Virus record (IMG/VR): IMGVR_UViG_3300013382_000004
DNA: 64,000 nucleotides
Origin: a virus
Lineage: Duplodnaviria > Caudoviricetes
Direction: 5' to 3' (one strand)
Position 1 is the stretch's first letter; each line of letters begins with the position of its first letter. This document shows, piece by piece, positions 10,336 through 21,006 of this stretch. The notes beneath the pieces were generated by a model. The model worked only from the letters and a program-made list of their open reading frames with translations. It did no database searches and had not been told where the DNA came from. The translations under genes were made by a program, and so were the position numbers.

Positions 10336-10878
10336 TTAATTCTCCCATCTATCAGTAGACTTTAATTCAATGTTACTGTTCATGTAAGATTCTTGAATTT
10401 TATCTGTTTCTTCTTTGGCTTTGTTGATTTCTTCTTCGGCTCTTTTTTGAATTTCTTCAATATCTCTTTGCACAGCTTCAAGAATATATTTTAAATTGTC
10501 TTGGGCATTTCTAATAGAGTCGCTTTTCTTTTGTTTGTTGTTCATGTTATATTTAAAAAAGACATATTTAATATTTCCGATAAAGCCAAAATTAACATAA
10601 ACGGTATCCCAAACTCCATTTTTGGTTCTAACTGTTCGTTTAGGGGCAAACCACATTAAAGTCCATTTATCAGGAGCTAAAATATAATACTTTTTCCAAT
10701 CGTTAAATTTCAAATGCGCCCAATCGCGCCATTTTTTATGATGAGCTTTAACAAACTCAAGCGGCGTATTTGCGCATCCACCATCTTCATCCTTGATAAT
10801 ATAAGCAAAAAGACAAATGAAAGCGATAAAAGCGAGGATGAGTAATCCACTAATAACATACAACAATTTACCGAGCAT
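10336..10878 (-). CDS. membrane-anchored coiled-coil protein
   Basis: N-terminal TM; paralog of 9660-10334. Confidence 0.7.
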   Translation of the reverse strand: MLGKLLYVISGLLILAFIAFICLFAYIIKDEDGGCANTPLEFVKAHHKKWRDWAHLKFNDWKKYYILAPDKWTLMWFAPKRTVRTKNGVWDTVYVNFGFIGNIKYVFFKYNMNNKQKKSDSIRNAQDNLKYILEAVQRDIEEIQKRAEEEINKAKEETDKIQESYMNSNIELKSTDRWEN

Positions 10879-10907
10879 AAAAACACCTCTCCTTCTTTAG
10901 TACACTC

Positions 10908-10936
10908 AATATACCATGAAGGAGAGGTGTTGTCAA
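10908..10936 (-). promoter_or_regulatory. sigma70-type promoter within an inverted repeat
   Basis: TTGACA-17-TATATT; 14-bp IR arms 10882-10895/10918-10931 cover the SD. Confidence 0.8.
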
Positions 10937-10956
10937 CTATTTATTAAATTAAATTT

Positions 10957-11262
10957 TTAATTCTTTTTGGGCTTAATGTGAAGAATTGAATCAATCTTCT
11001 TAACATATACAGTAAATCCATAATATTCATTAATCATATCACATAAATCTTTAAAAAGTTGATGATTGATAACAGTTAAATATTGAGGATACCTTGTATA
11101 AATATAAATATTCTCAAGTTCATAATCGTAATCAATAAAAACTGATTCTGTTAAAGTTGCAAAAGTGTCATCAGCATCAATAATTCTCTAAATAAAATTG
11201 GCAACTTCCTAATCAATAGGTGTGGTAATATCAGGAATTACCTCGTAATTTTTGTCAACCAT
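10957..11262 (-). CDS. hypothetical protein (2 in-frame TAG)
   Basis: AAGGAG SD + ATG; open for 101 codons except two TAGs; fills an otherwise empty gap. Confidence 0.75.
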
Positions 11263-11626
11263 TTTCTTTCTCCTTACTTAAATATTCATCTAATACACTA
11301 TCAACATTACCACTTACAAAAAGAATAGGGGGGTCTTCTTTGGAATAGGGGTAAGAAGTTGAATTAAGGTATTCATAGTCTTTAGGCATTACGCAAGCCC
11401 AATGATTTAGTTTGGGTACATAAACAAGATTAGAAAAACCCCAGTTATAAAACAAATCAAGTTCTCTCGCAGTAAAATTTAATCTGTAAGCTTCATGTTT
11501 ATAATATTCAGATTTCTTTTTATCGTTTATTTTATTAGAAGCTTTAAGATAATCTTTTAAAATTTCTTCAATTTTAAGACAGGCATCAAAAATTTTCATT
11601 ATTCCTCCACATAACAGATATAGCAA
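11255..11626 (-). CDS. hypothetical protein
   Basis: ORF; likely start MKIFD after GGAGG. Confidence 0.65.
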   Translation of the reverse strand: MLYLLCGGIMKIFDACLKIEEILKDYLKASNKINDKKKSEYYKHEAYRLNFTARELDLFYNWGFSNLVYVPKLNHWACVMPKDYEYLNSTSYPYSKEDPPILFVSGNVDSVLDEYLSKEKENG

Positions 11627-12630
11627 TTATATCCTTTTTCAGCTAAATCAGCTTTAACCTTTTCAGCCCCAGACTTTTTAGCAAAGAATCCAACTTGAAC
11701 TTTATACAACTTAGTTTTTGGGTCCATTATACAGAAAGCTGTAGAATAATCAATAATGCCCTTTAAAGTGCGAATCTCGTTACGATAAGTGATTGCGCGA
11801 GTAGAATTGCTAAAAGCGCCTAACTGGCAACGATAGCCGACTTTCTTGGGACGATTCTGTTCTTTCTTATCTTCCTTGTTTTGTTTCTTCTCTTCAAGTT
11901 CTGCCTTTTCTCTTTCAGCATTAGAACGAAGCCAGAAAGCGAGAATGGAATCGACAGGTCTTAGCCAACCAGATGCAGATAAACGTGTACCTTCAAAATT
12001 GGTATAAGTAGAATTTCCGCCATCTTGATTGCAACAATACTCTACATCAGGAAAAATCGACTTAACAAGATTCTGAGCCTTAGAAAGTTTCATGCCGCCA
12101 GAAACTACAGAGATAATAAAATATTTTTCATTCTTAGGATTACCATCTGTTTTTGTCCAACCAAACATCTGTCTTTTAGCTTCATAATCAATATCAGCGT
12201 AATCCTTTACAGACTGAGGCTGCTTATTTTTAAACAAAGCAGGATATTCCGTACCGAAATCTCTCCAACCAACACCGTTGTTAAATACGCCATTCATAAT
12301 CTTACCAGCGTTAGTAATACCCCAACCATTAGAGAAATTACCGTCTTTAGCATAAACAGTATTATTACTTTTAAGATTCCAAATAGAAGTTCCACTTTCA
12401 GTATCAAAGAAGAAAGCGTTCGTTACAATATCGGGTTTATAACCATAAAGATTATACATCTTTTCTGGACTTAGTTTAGGCTGAGTGCACATATCTATAC
12501 TTGCACTCTTTAATTCGCTCTTGGGCCATTCAATTACAACTACATTGTTATAAGTAACCCCTCTTACAATAGGGTGATACCAACGAAGCAGAGAATTGTT
12601 TTTGCCATAATGATACTAAATATTTGCCAT
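11599..12630 (-). CDS. cell-wall-associated protein: phosphodiester-glycosidase-like N-domain plus tandem SPOR repeats (TAG at codon 5)
   Basis: GGAG SD + ATG at 12630, MANI*YHYG then open frame; NQDGGNST motif; YRCQLGAFS and YKVQVGFF SPOR repeats. Confidence 0.75.
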
Positions 12631-12763
12631 TTAAATCTCCATTCTTCTGTACTATTTCAACAGATTTGTTTTAATTAAAATAAAGGACAGGTATCCTTTT
12701 CTATTATTACCTTAACACAAAAAAGGATACCTGTCAATATTTAAATTGTTAAATTTTTATGAA

Positions 12764-13135
12764 TTAAATAATTGGGGCAACAGGAATTTCTGTCTTTTTC
12801 TTTTTGTTGTAGATGCGTTTTGGCTTATCTTCCTTTACAGATTCAGTGGTCTGCCCCTCTTTGGAAAGATTAATCTTTTCTACAGGAACAAGTTTAAGTT
12901 CTTCAATAGTAATGCTTGCCCAATCGTAATAATCAGGAGGAAGATTAGTTTCATCAAAATTAAACTTGAGCCCCTTTTCAGCAGAAAGAGGACAATTAAA
13001 ACGCTTGGCACGGTCAAAGTCTACGAAGAATCCACCCTCACCAAAACTTTCTCCTGCAAAAAGTGTTTTGATTTCTGAATCTCGATTTGCTTTAATGGTA
13101 ATATAATATGCAGAGCGATTCTTAAGAGGAAGCAT
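12764..13135 (-). CDS. hypothetical protein
   Basis: 123-aa ORF, AAGGAG SD. Confidence 0.65.
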   Translation of the reverse strand: MLPLKNRSAYYITIKANRDSEIKTLFAGESFGEGGFFVDFDRAKRFNCPLSAEKGLKFNFDETNLPPDYYDWASITIEELKLVPVEKINLSKEGQTTESVKEDKPKRIYNKKKKTEIPVAPII

Positions 13136-13146
13136 AACAATCTCCT

Positions 13147-13479
13147 TTATTTTAGAATAGAATATTTACTACCAATTTCAACCTTAATGATTTTCATGTA
13201 ATTAAAGTCATATTCCTTGGCGTAAGACTTGTTTTCAAGGAAGAATTTCTTGTTCTTCACCCACCATTCCCTTGCATCTTTTTCACTTTCAAAAGAAAAA
13301 CAAGAAAGAGTATAATTCTCAGCAAGAAGATAAGGCATATTAGACCAACCTCTATTGGCAAAAGCGTAAGAAGAAGTTTCACCATAATTAAGAGGAAGTT
13401 TCTTGCGAGGAATGCCAATACAATAATAGGTCTCCATGTTAGAATGTGTGAGACCAGCATCTGTAATATTAAAAATCAT
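13147..13479 (-). CDS. hypothetical protein
   Basis: 110-aa ORF. Confidence 0.65.
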   Translation of the reverse strand: MIFNITDAGLTHSNMETYYCIGIPRKKLPLNYGETSSYAFANRGWSNMPYLLAENYTLSCFSFESEKDAREWWVKNKKFFLENKSYAKEYDFNYMKIIKVEIGSKYSILK

Positions 13480-13520
13480 TTTTGTTCTTATCCTTTTCTA
13501 TAATGCGCTTAAATTTCACC

Positions 13521-13859
13521 TTAAATATTTTTTAGCTCAATTACAGTTTTAAGAGTGCAAGCATTCTTACCAGCAAACACAAAAACAAAACCTTTGTGAT
13601 AATAAATCTTTTCGCTGTTAGATTTAGTACGAAAACGTCTCTTAAAAGCCCACATTTGTTCACAAGTAAGACCATTCTTTTCGTAATTATAAATGGTCAA
13701 AGCATCAAGGTTAACACCCTTATTACGAGCATTACAAGCTAACTGACGAAGTTCTCTTTCATTCTTAATACCAAGTCTTTCTAATCCACGGTCACGAGAA
13801 TGAAAAGTTAATTTGATTTTATCAGAGCCAATCTTGTTATGGAAATTACGGTTATACAT
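13521..13859 (-). CDS. hypothetical basic protein
   Basis: 112-aa ORF after promoter 13900-13928. Confidence 0.7.
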   Translation of the reverse strand: MYNRNFHNKIGSDKIKLTFHSRDRGLERLGIKNERELRQLACNARNKGVNLDALTIYNYEKNGLTCEQMWAFKRRFRTKSNSEKIYYHKGFVFVFAGKNACTLKTVIELKNI

Positions 13860-13899
13860 TTAAACAACTCCTTTCAAGAATGATTTACTTTATGTTTAA

Positions 13900-13928
13900 A
13901 GTATACCAGACCTAAAAGGAGTTGTCAA
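13900..13928 (-). promoter_or_regulatory. sigma70-type promoter within an inverted repeat
   Basis: TTGACA-17-TATACT; IR arms 13864-13874/13915-13925. Confidence 0.8.
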
Positions 13929-13935
13929 TAGTTTA

Positions 13936-14424
13936 TTAATTTGTTTCGGGAAAAATTGATAGTCTTTCTCTAAGACTGGAATATTCATCTAAAAGATGCT
14001 TATAATTAGCAATAGCATCTTTAGTTTTTTCTTCTGCTTCTTTGATGGTAAGAATTTCAAAAGTGGAATTATCTCCACGTTCATCAATCTTTAGACCAAT
14101 AAGATAATACTTTTGGTCCTTTTTCTGTTCTAAACAGGCTTTAGCTAAAGTTTTCTTTTGCCAAGAGCTGATGTAGACTCTTAAAGAATATTCTAAATAA
14201 CCTAATAGATAAGCAGGGGTCGCTTCTTCCCCCATAATAAACCAATATTCGGTTTCGCTTTCATAAGGGTTAGGGATATAGAAACAGCGTTCTGTCATTA
14301 CAGCGCGAATATCTACTCTTTTTTCATAAGCAAAGCATTCTTCTTCTGTACTAAACATGCGCCCATCTTCTGCGACCCAGAGCGTCCTTTCTTGGGCAGG
14401 GATTAATTCTTTTTCAATTTTCAT
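13936..14424 (-). CDS. hypothetical protein
   Basis: 162 aa; A.DG..F...EEC..YE motif common in phage proteins. Confidence 0.7.
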   Translation of the reverse strand: MKIEKELIPAQERTLWVAEDGRMFSTEEECFAYEKRVDIRAVMTERCFYIPNPYESETEYWFIMGEEATPAYLLGYLEYSLRVYISSWQKKTLAKACLEQKKDQKYYLIGLKIDERGDNSTFEILTIKEAEEKTKDAIANYKHLLDEYSSLRERLSIFPETN

Positions 14425-14425
14425 A

Positions 14426-14779
14426 TCAATTAAAATCCCTTTCTACCTTGTTATAAAATTCTTCTTTTAATTCATCGGTGATTATTCCTGTTTTATTTAA
14501 TTTATCATTTACGTTAATTAATACAGATTTTACAAAATCGTCATAATTAAAAACCCACATATAAGCCATCGAAATATTCAAAATGGGTATCGCACTTACT
14601 AATACCATTTGAACAAGTGTCCATATTGAGTTCCCGTTGTTTATAATTGTAACATCTACATTTCGAGCATTAAAAAAGTCATTGAGGTATTTAGTACACT
14701 TTTTCACAGAAAAGAAAAAACCTAAAATATCTAAGATAAAGAAAAACTGCCAAATTTTAATTAGAATCTTTAGAATCAT
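14426..14779 (-). CDS. membrane protein
   Basis: two TM segments, IPILNI motif. Confidence 0.65.
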   Translation of the reverse strand: MILKILIKIWQFFFILDILGFFFSVKKCTKYLNDFFNARNVDVTIINNGNSIWTLVQMVLVSAIPILNISMAYMWVFNYDDFVKSVLINVNDKLNKTGIITDELKEEFYNKVERDFN

Positions 14780-15021
14780 CCGCTTTTGTTTCTATCTCCT
14801 TCACTTCTTCTACTTTTTTAACCTCTTTTGGTTGCTCCTTAAATTTCTTACAAAGATAAGATAAATGTCCCATGGAATTATATGTAAAACCACTATCAGG
14901 ATGTCTTACACAATCCTTCCATGGACATTTCTTTTCATCACAGCCAGTAAAAGGAAGTAAAGATGTTTCTCTATCTCCTTTTGGGATATACATTTGTCTC
15001 TCCTATACACACATTATTTAA

Positions 15022-15558
15022 TTACCCCTTAATTTGAATATAAGGGATGGAATCAGGACCACAATCAAAGTCCCATCCATTTTCAACAACCTTCTGAAGA
15101 AAAGTTCTGCTGTTTGTCAGTTTCCAAGCAATAGGACTACAACAATCTTTATGAATGGTATAATAAGGATGCTTGATATTCTTCTCACGACCAATTTCAA
15201 AGAGACGACCCATAATAACATTGAAGAAATAGCTTACATCATTATCTTTAAAAGTTTTATTCCAAACTTCTGCATCTTCTCTTGCCTTTACACTGGTTAC
15301 ATCAACCCAAGAACCATCTTCATTCTTTTGAAAAGTAAGTTCATAACCTCTGCATTCACAGAGTTCCTTAAAGCGCTTGTCGTTGGTCATAATTCTCCAC
15401 ATAGTAGGAGTGAGCTGGAAGTTCTCAAAACGAGCCACACCATAGCCCAAACTGGAATTATGGTCAAGACGTTCCTCGATATAACCAAGAAGTTTCATAA
15501 TATTGTCATTCTTATTGTTATTCTTGTATTCTTCAAGATATTCCTGTTTGGTAAACAT
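15022..15558 (-). CDS. hypothetical protein with internal duplication
   Basis: two similar halves (W....D/S..F......GY/W). Confidence 0.7.
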   Translation of the reverse strand: MFTKQEYLEEYKNNNKNDNIMKLLGYIEERLDHNSSLGYGVARFENFQLTPTMWRIMTNDKRFKELCECRGYELTFQKNEDGSWVDVTSVKAREDAEVWNKTFKDNDVSYFFNVIMGRLFEIGREKNIKHPYYTIHKDCCSPIAWKLTNSRTFLQKVVENGWDFDCGPDSIPYIQIKG

Positions 15559-15633
15559 AATTTAACAACTCCTCTTACTTTTTTATTTTGTATTTATATA
15601 ATACTATAAGTAAGAAGAGTTGTCAAGTGGTTA

Positions 15634-16032
15634 TTAATTTTTCTTGCCAATTTTATAAGGGTACTTTTTTAATTCTTCTGGTAAATCCTTATACTGAATA
15701 GCTTTTTCTTCAATGAGATAAAAATACTTTTTCTTTTTTGCAGATTTCTCATCTTTAAGATTTTTACTACCACAGTAAGGACAATAGATAAATTCTCTTT
15801 CAGGAGAATATCTTGTAATAAATTCTGGCTCAGATAAATATGAAGTAGGATGGAGATATCTTCTACAATTTAAGCAATAAGAATAAAAAGCTCCATCATT
15901 GATAAATTTAACTACAAGCCAGTCTCCATTACGGAATAGAATTTTGAAACGAGGGTCGTTATCATTATATTGATAATCACTGAATTTCGCTTGTCTTATC
16001 TTCTTCCTTTGTTTCTTTGACATTCTCTTCAT
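15634..16032 (-). CDS. zinc-ribbon protein
   Basis: CLNC...YCPYCG. Confidence 0.65.
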   Translation of the reverse strand: MKRMSKKQRKKIRQAKFSDYQYNDNDPRFKILFRNGDWLVVKFINDGAFYSYCLNCRRYLHPTSYLSEPEFITRYSPEREFIYCPYCGSKNLKDEKSAKKKKYFYLIEEKAIQYKDLPEELKKYPYKIGKKN

Positions 16033-16360
16033 CCTTTACTTCGGATTTATCAGTGACTTCCGTAACAGCTTCGGAGAGACCTCTGCCCATCATTTCTGCC
16101 ATGGCTCCCATCATATCAACCATCCCATTAGGATTTTGCTGAATAGTATTATAAGAAGTTCTGAGGAGCTTATAAAACATAATTACGCAATCAGCAAATT
16201 CATACTCTTCGTTGAGTTTTGCTTGAATTGCAGTAATATCATCCATACTGTCAATCTCTTTGTCAAGAGTTCGCTCTTCATTGCCATAAGTAGTAATAGT
16301 TGCCTCGGGCTTCAAGCCCATATATACAATATAATAAGTATAGCTCTTCTTCAAATTCAT
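15977..16360 (-). CDS. hypothetical protein
   Basis: 127-aa ORF, AAGGAG SD. Confidence 0.65.
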   Translation of the reverse strand: MNLKKSYTYYIVYMGLKPEATITTYGNEERTLDKEIDSMDDITAIQAKLNEEYEFADCVIMFYKLLRTSYNTIQQNPNGMVDMMGAMAEMMGRGLSEAVTEVTDKSEVKDEENVKETKEEDKTSEIQ

Positions 16361-16361
16361 T

Positions 16362-16631
16362 TTAAAAATAATCTCCTTGAAATAAATATGCTACTGTAGT
16401 ATTAGTTTTTTCTGCGATAATTACAAAGTCTCTATATGTTAAGAAAAATCTTTTATGAGCAATCTTTCTTACATCTTTTTCTGACCTATTTAAAAATTCA
16501 GCCCATTGCTTATATGAATAAGGACTTGCTTTCATTACTTTACTTACTCGCTTCAGCTTGTCCATATAAGATTTGTTGGGATAAATATAATAGAATTTAA
16601 TATAATTCCAAAGACAAACTAATCTTTTCAT
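16362..16631 (-). CDS. XRE-like HTH protein
   Basis: YSYKQWAEFLNRS...IAEKTNTTVAYLF. Confidence 0.55.
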   Translation of the reverse strand: MKRLVCLWNYIKFYYIYPNKSYMDKLKRVSKVMKASPYSYKQWAEFLNRSEKDVRKIAHKRFFLTYRDFVIIAEKTNTTVAYLFQGDYF

Positions 16632-17122
16632 TTACTAATCCTATCTGCAATCGTGCTTGCTACAAAACTGTCTGGTTTAACTGTAGGCTCATATCCCGCA
16701 CCTTTTAACCATCCAACAATTTCTGGAATTACTTGACCACTTGGTCCAGCATATCCAGCATCAACATGAATTCCAATACTAGTGTACTTTTCATAGTCAA
16801 AGTTTTCTTGGATGGCTAAAGTTGCTAATTCATCAAACAACTGGTCTGCATATGCAATGCTCAATTCAGTTTCTTTGTGAATCTTAATTTTTAAATTTAA
16901 AATAATTGGTAGTTTTTGAATCTCATAGAAGAACTTTCCACCCTTGCCATCGGTATAGACAGCGATAACAATGACGGCTTTTGTTTCATCTTTGTGATTC
17001 TGACTATCAGTACCAATGACAATATGATTATGTTCTGCTACATCTGCATGGTCTTTAATGTAGTTAAAGACAATTTCAGCTATTCTCTTCATGTCTACTC
17101 GTCCGTAAGTAGGACTAATCAT
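16628..17122 (-). CDS. RNase H-like YkuK (DUF458) family protein
   Basis: IGTDSQ, GKGG, ETELS, IHVDAG, KPDSFVAS..ADR motifs. Confidence 0.85.
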   Translation of the reverse strand: MISPTYGRVDMKRIAEIVFNYIKDHADVAEHNHIVIGTDSQNHKDETKAVIVIAVYTDGKGGKFFYEIQKLPIILNLKIKIHKETELSIAYADQLFDELATLAIQENFDYEKYTSIGIHVDAGYAGPSGQVIPEIVGWLKGAGYEPTVKPDSFVASTIADRISK

Positions 17123-17147
17123 ATTATCATCCTTTCATTTAATTTAA

Positions 17148-17723
17148 TTACAACTTGTTAAGTTTAGCTACAAGTAGGTTAATCTTGTCGATTGTTTTTG
17201 GAGAAAATACATATCTTTTGTTCGTGTCTTTATCATAAACACTTCTGATTACGCTTCCAGAGTCAGATTTGAGGTAAAAATCTTCTTCTGTAAAATAAGG
17301 AAGTTTTACTTTAATTTCTTTCATAGGCATCTCTGTAACTACACGAATTGTTGGAATAATTTCATAATCTTCTGGATTATAAAACCAATTCAATTCTTGT
17401 TTAAGAGTAGTCTTTGAAGTAAAATATTTGGCTCCATCTTTATCTGTAACAAGAGGGGTGTCTCCAAAAGTGCTCATTCCTTTATAATAGCACTCTTCAA
17501 GATTGGAACCTTTGATGAAATTAGCGTTAATTTTAGCAAGGAAAACTTTTTGCTCTTTTTTATTTTGTTCTTTTGTATTTTCTTCTTCAACTTTATTAAG
17601 ATTAAGATTGCGTCCACATACAGGACAATAATTGGCATGAACATAAAAATCGCCATGGTCAATAAGATTCTTTTTGCTTGTAGCGTTAATAGTGAATCTA
17701 TAATTCTCACACCATTTACACAT
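17148..17723 (-). CDS. zinc-finger hypothetical protein
   Basis: MCKWC...NYCPVCGR. Confidence 0.65.
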   Translation of the reverse strand: MCKWCENYRFTINATSKKNLIDHGDFYVHANYCPVCGRNLNLNKVEEENTKEQNKKEQKVFLAKINANFIKGSNLEECYYKGMSTFGDTPLVTDKDGAKYFTSKTTLKQELNWFYNPEDYEIIPTIRVVTEMPMKEIKVKLPYFTEEDFYLKSDSGSVIRSVYDKDTNKRYVFSPKTIDKINLLVAKLNKL

Positions 17724-17793
17724 ATAGAAAGACTCCTTTCAGTCTAAATTACTATCATTAGTATAGACTAAAAAGAGTCTGTTGTCAAGAGCT

Positions 17794-18087
17794 TTATTTA
17801 ATTTTCTTCTGTTTTCTTATTTCTCTTTGAATCTTAAACCAGTAAATTGCAGCCCGAACGAGAGCAATAGGCCAGCAGAAAATCAAAGTTAAATAATGCA
17901 ATAAGGTTACTTCTTTATCATTTCTATTAGCAGGACAATTATAAACATTATATGTTACTGCAAGCCCACATAAAAGATAAAGAGCAAAACCTATTAGAGA
18001 TACATCATTCAATCTCATCAGCAAACTCCTTTGCAAAGGAATGAAAAAGAGCTGTAGTATAAGTATTTGTTTTTTTGGAGGAAACAA
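17794..18087 (-). CDS. small membrane protein
   Basis: TM helices; likely start MRLND; CGG codon inside a TM helix. Confidence 0.55.
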   Translation of the reverse strand: MFPPKKQILILQLFFIPLQRSLLMRLNDVSLIGFALYLLCGLAVTYNVYNCPANRNDKEVTLLHYLTLIFCWPIALVRAAIYWFKIQREIRKQKKIK

Positions 18088-18188
18088 TCATGAACAATTA
18101 TAGAAAAAGGAGAATATACTACAGCTCTTATTGTTATATTAACATACTTTTTTGAGTTTGTCAATCACTTATTAAATTGTTTTTAAAA

Positions 18189-18461
18189 TTACTTTTTAAG
18201 AAGCATTTGATGAGAATAAAGAATCTGCATTTTTTCAGCTACAGATAAACTTCTATTATAATCGTCATCATTGTCAGCAAGACGCATTGCAAATTGATAA
18301 TCGAGATTTTCAAAAATTTCTTCTGTCAAAATATGACCATAATTCTGCTCTAAAACTTGATAGACTTCTTCAAGATTAGGGAGATTACTCGTGTAAGATT
18401 CACTGGAAAGCTCTTCAAATTTAGGAGTTTTTTCTTTTTCTGACTTCCTATTAAAAAACAT
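18189..18461 (-). CDS. hypothetical protein
   Basis: 90-aa ORF, GAGG SD. Confidence 0.6.
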   Translation of the reverse strand: MFFNRKSEKEKTPKFEELSSESYTSNLPNLEEVYQVLEQNYGHILTEEIFENLDYQFAMRLADNDDDYNRSLSVAEKMQILYSHQMLLKK

Positions 18462-18484
18462 TTTTTATTTACCTCTCCTTAAAA

Positions 18485-18970
18485 TCAAAACCTATAAAAC
18501 TTGCGGGGTTTAACATTATCCAACATATCGAAAATCATTCTCTTAGATTTGCGAACGGCTTCTTCCATCTTCGCATAAAATTCATCACGAGAAATAGGCT
18601 GAAAATGGTCAAATTTATCGGGATAATTTAAAAGGAAGAACAAATCAACATCCTCGTTGTAATAAGGAGCGCAATCAATTTCTGAATCTGTATAACAACC
18701 ATAAGGTGTCTCATTTTCAAAATTATTGATTTCTACACAGCCCCAAGAAGAAGAATAACTAACATCACATCTGCCTTCTAATAGCTTGGGAGGTTGAACA
18801 ATCATAATATAATGTCCTTTATGAATATAACAGTTGCCAATAAGTTTCTCAGCAAGTTCTTTCATAACATATTCATCATAAGATTCTCTTGTGAGTTTAT
18901 TTAAATCTTTATGAATTTCAGAAAGTTCTTTCTTCTTTTCTTTCAAAGAAGTCTTCCACGTATTTTCCAT
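18485..18970 (-). CDS. hypothetical protein
   Basis: 161-aa ORF, GAGG SD. Confidence 0.7.
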   Translation of the reverse strand: MENTWKTSLKEKKKELSEIHKDLNKLTRESYDEYVMKELAEKLIGNCYIHKGHYIMIVQPPKLLEGRCDVSYSSSWGCVEINNFENETPYGCYTDSEIDCAPYYNEDVDLFFLLNYPDKFDHFQPISRDEFYAKMEEAVRKSKRMIFDMLDNVKPRKFYRF

Positions 18971-19049
18971 GTTACACCTCTATAATAAAAATAGTCTCAT
19001 AACTAATATTAAATTAATCATGAGACTCTATTAAATTTCCAATTTAATA

Positions 19050-19575
19050 AATTGCGAAGACTTGGAAGTTATTCCCCGCTCTATTACTTCCTTCACTCAT
19101 TGAAACTTTCCCGTCTACGGCTATCCATTTTGGCGGACAAGTGATATAAGTCTTCTTGTAAAACTGCGAACAACCTACCCGTAGGTTATTCAAATACGAT
19201 AATAAGCGCTCCGACCCCCATCGGATTCTTATTAAAGGTGAGGAATAGACAACGTTCACCTCACTATGAGCCTCTGGTCCTAGCCTCTGGACGATGCCGC
19301 GCTCTTTGTCTAACATTTTTAGTTAGCAATCAACCTATTCTATCGGGCAAGAATCCGATAAATAGGATTTTATAATTCTTGCAAGAATTTTCCACCATTA
19401 ACTTTCAGGTGGGGGGGAGCTTGCCGCTCTAGTATCTTCGTAGTTCCTATTTCTACAAAGTATGCTTCCGACAGTATAAACTTTATACATGTCTAAGAAG
19501 TCATTGCATCTCAGCTATCATTGAATATTCAATTGTGTGTCTTGTAGGCAAGAACGTGATTTACCTATCAGGCCT
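19050..19575 (-). ncRNA. large structured ncRNA candidate (ROOL/GOLLD-size class)
   Basis: about 520-nt GC-enriched gap without a credible CDS; many hairpins; downstream of promoter 19684-19711. Confidence 0.5.
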
Positions 19576-19718
19576 GTTAGTATAAATCAAGAAGATTTTT
19601 TCTACGCTACAGGAGAAAATTTTTTTCTCTTTCGGGGAGAATCTTTTCTTCATTTTTTCATCCTTTCCCTTGGGACACTCTTAATATACCATAAGGTTTG
19701 CTTCCTGTCAAGTATTTA

Positions 19719-20045
19719 TTAAACATTTTCCGAAAGTTTTTTCTCAAGTATCTTAATCATATCTCTTTGAGTAGATGTAAGAGATACAAGAGTTTCTTGC
19801 TTTGCATTTAATTCTTTAACAAGTTTATCATAAGAATCAATAAGCTCTTTCTGTGCAGCAGCTTTGTTCTCTAAAGAAGTAATAAGCTGTTCTTTTGCGT
19901 CATCTAAATTCTTATGAGCTTCATCTGCTTCTGTATAAGCTTTGTTGTAAGCATGGATTCCACCTACAATAGTTCCACCCAAAAAGAAAATAGTAACAAC
20001 GCCAACTGCGAGGATAATACAAAGAACAACTTGTGAAACAGTCAT
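19719..20045 (-). CDS. membrane-anchored coiled-coil protein
   Basis: N-terminal TM then heptads. Confidence 0.65.
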   Translation of the reverse strand: MTVSQVVLCIILAVGVVTIFFLGGTIVGGIHAYNKAYTEADEAHKNLDDAKEQLITSLENKAAAQKELIDSYDKLVKELNAKQETLVSLTSTQRDMIKILEKKLSENV

Positions 20046-20458
20046 TTCTTTTTTACCTCCATCAATTTATTTTCTGGTTCAATTCTAAATTGTCCCATTT
20101 CCCAATCAAAACCAAGCCCAACAGATTGGACTTTTTCATAGGGTCTACCACCCCAATTAGCTTCAAAATTTTCAATGGTAATTACTACCTGAGATTCTTT
20201 GTCTTGCTTCCAGCATGGACTTTCAGCCATTTCGTTAAGGATATCTCTTAATCTTTCAACAGTCATTTTTCTTGCCCTTTAAATAAAGTTTAAAGAAATG
20301 AATGGCAGTCATAAATAATCCACCACTGATGAACAAACAGAAAGGAGTCAGTACTTCTCCTGTGGAATTATCTAATCCTGCTATTCCAATTACAATAAGA
20401 AAATATAAACAAAATAATGAATCAGCTAAATTTGGATTTATTAAATCTTGATTTGAAT

Positions 20459-20824
20459 TCATACAATCCAAAAATGAACAATATCTTTATATGGAGAAGT
20501 CCAACTATCTTCTGTAAACTCCGTCCAATCTAAAATACATCGAGTAAAGAAACTCTTGCATCCACTAATTGTTCCCCATCCATTAGGAGATTCGTACTGT
20601 TTATATTTATCGGGAAATCTTTCAAGTTCTTCTAAACCGTGAATGATAAAAGGAATAACATCTTTTACAAGACCATTATCTTCTTCATTCTTCCATTCTA
20701 ACCCTGTAGATTTCTGAATCATTTTTCTTAAATTATAAGTTGTATTTGCTTCACAATTTCCAATATCAGCCCAAAGTTTAGGGTCATCCTTGCACTGTAC
20801 TCGATAACTAATATCGTAACTCAT
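20459..20824 (-). CDS. conserved phage hypothetical protein
   Basis: MSYDI...N.TYNL..M...P.KY...NGWG motif. Confidence 0.7.
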   Translation of the reverse strand: MSYDISYRVQCKDDPKLWADIGNCEANTTYNLRKMIQKSTGLEWKNEEDNGLVKDVIPFIIHGLEELERFPDKYKQYESPNGWGTISGCKSFFTRCILDWTEFTEDSWTSPYKDIVHFWIV

Positions 20825-21006
20825 TTAATTACCTCCAAATCAATATGACCAACATATACAAAGCCAGCAACATCATTAACATCAGTGGCATATGTGTCAT
20901 TGATTTTTGCGAATTTTAGTGTCGTTTTGAATTATCCATAAATCCCCAAAGAAAGGATTGTAATAGATATCTCCATTAACAAATTCTTTTTCACCAGTCT
21001 TAATCA

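Noticed and set aside
19044-19316. 90-aa ORF inside the large ncRNA candidate
   Set aside because: No SD, atypical composition, lies in a hairpin-dense region.
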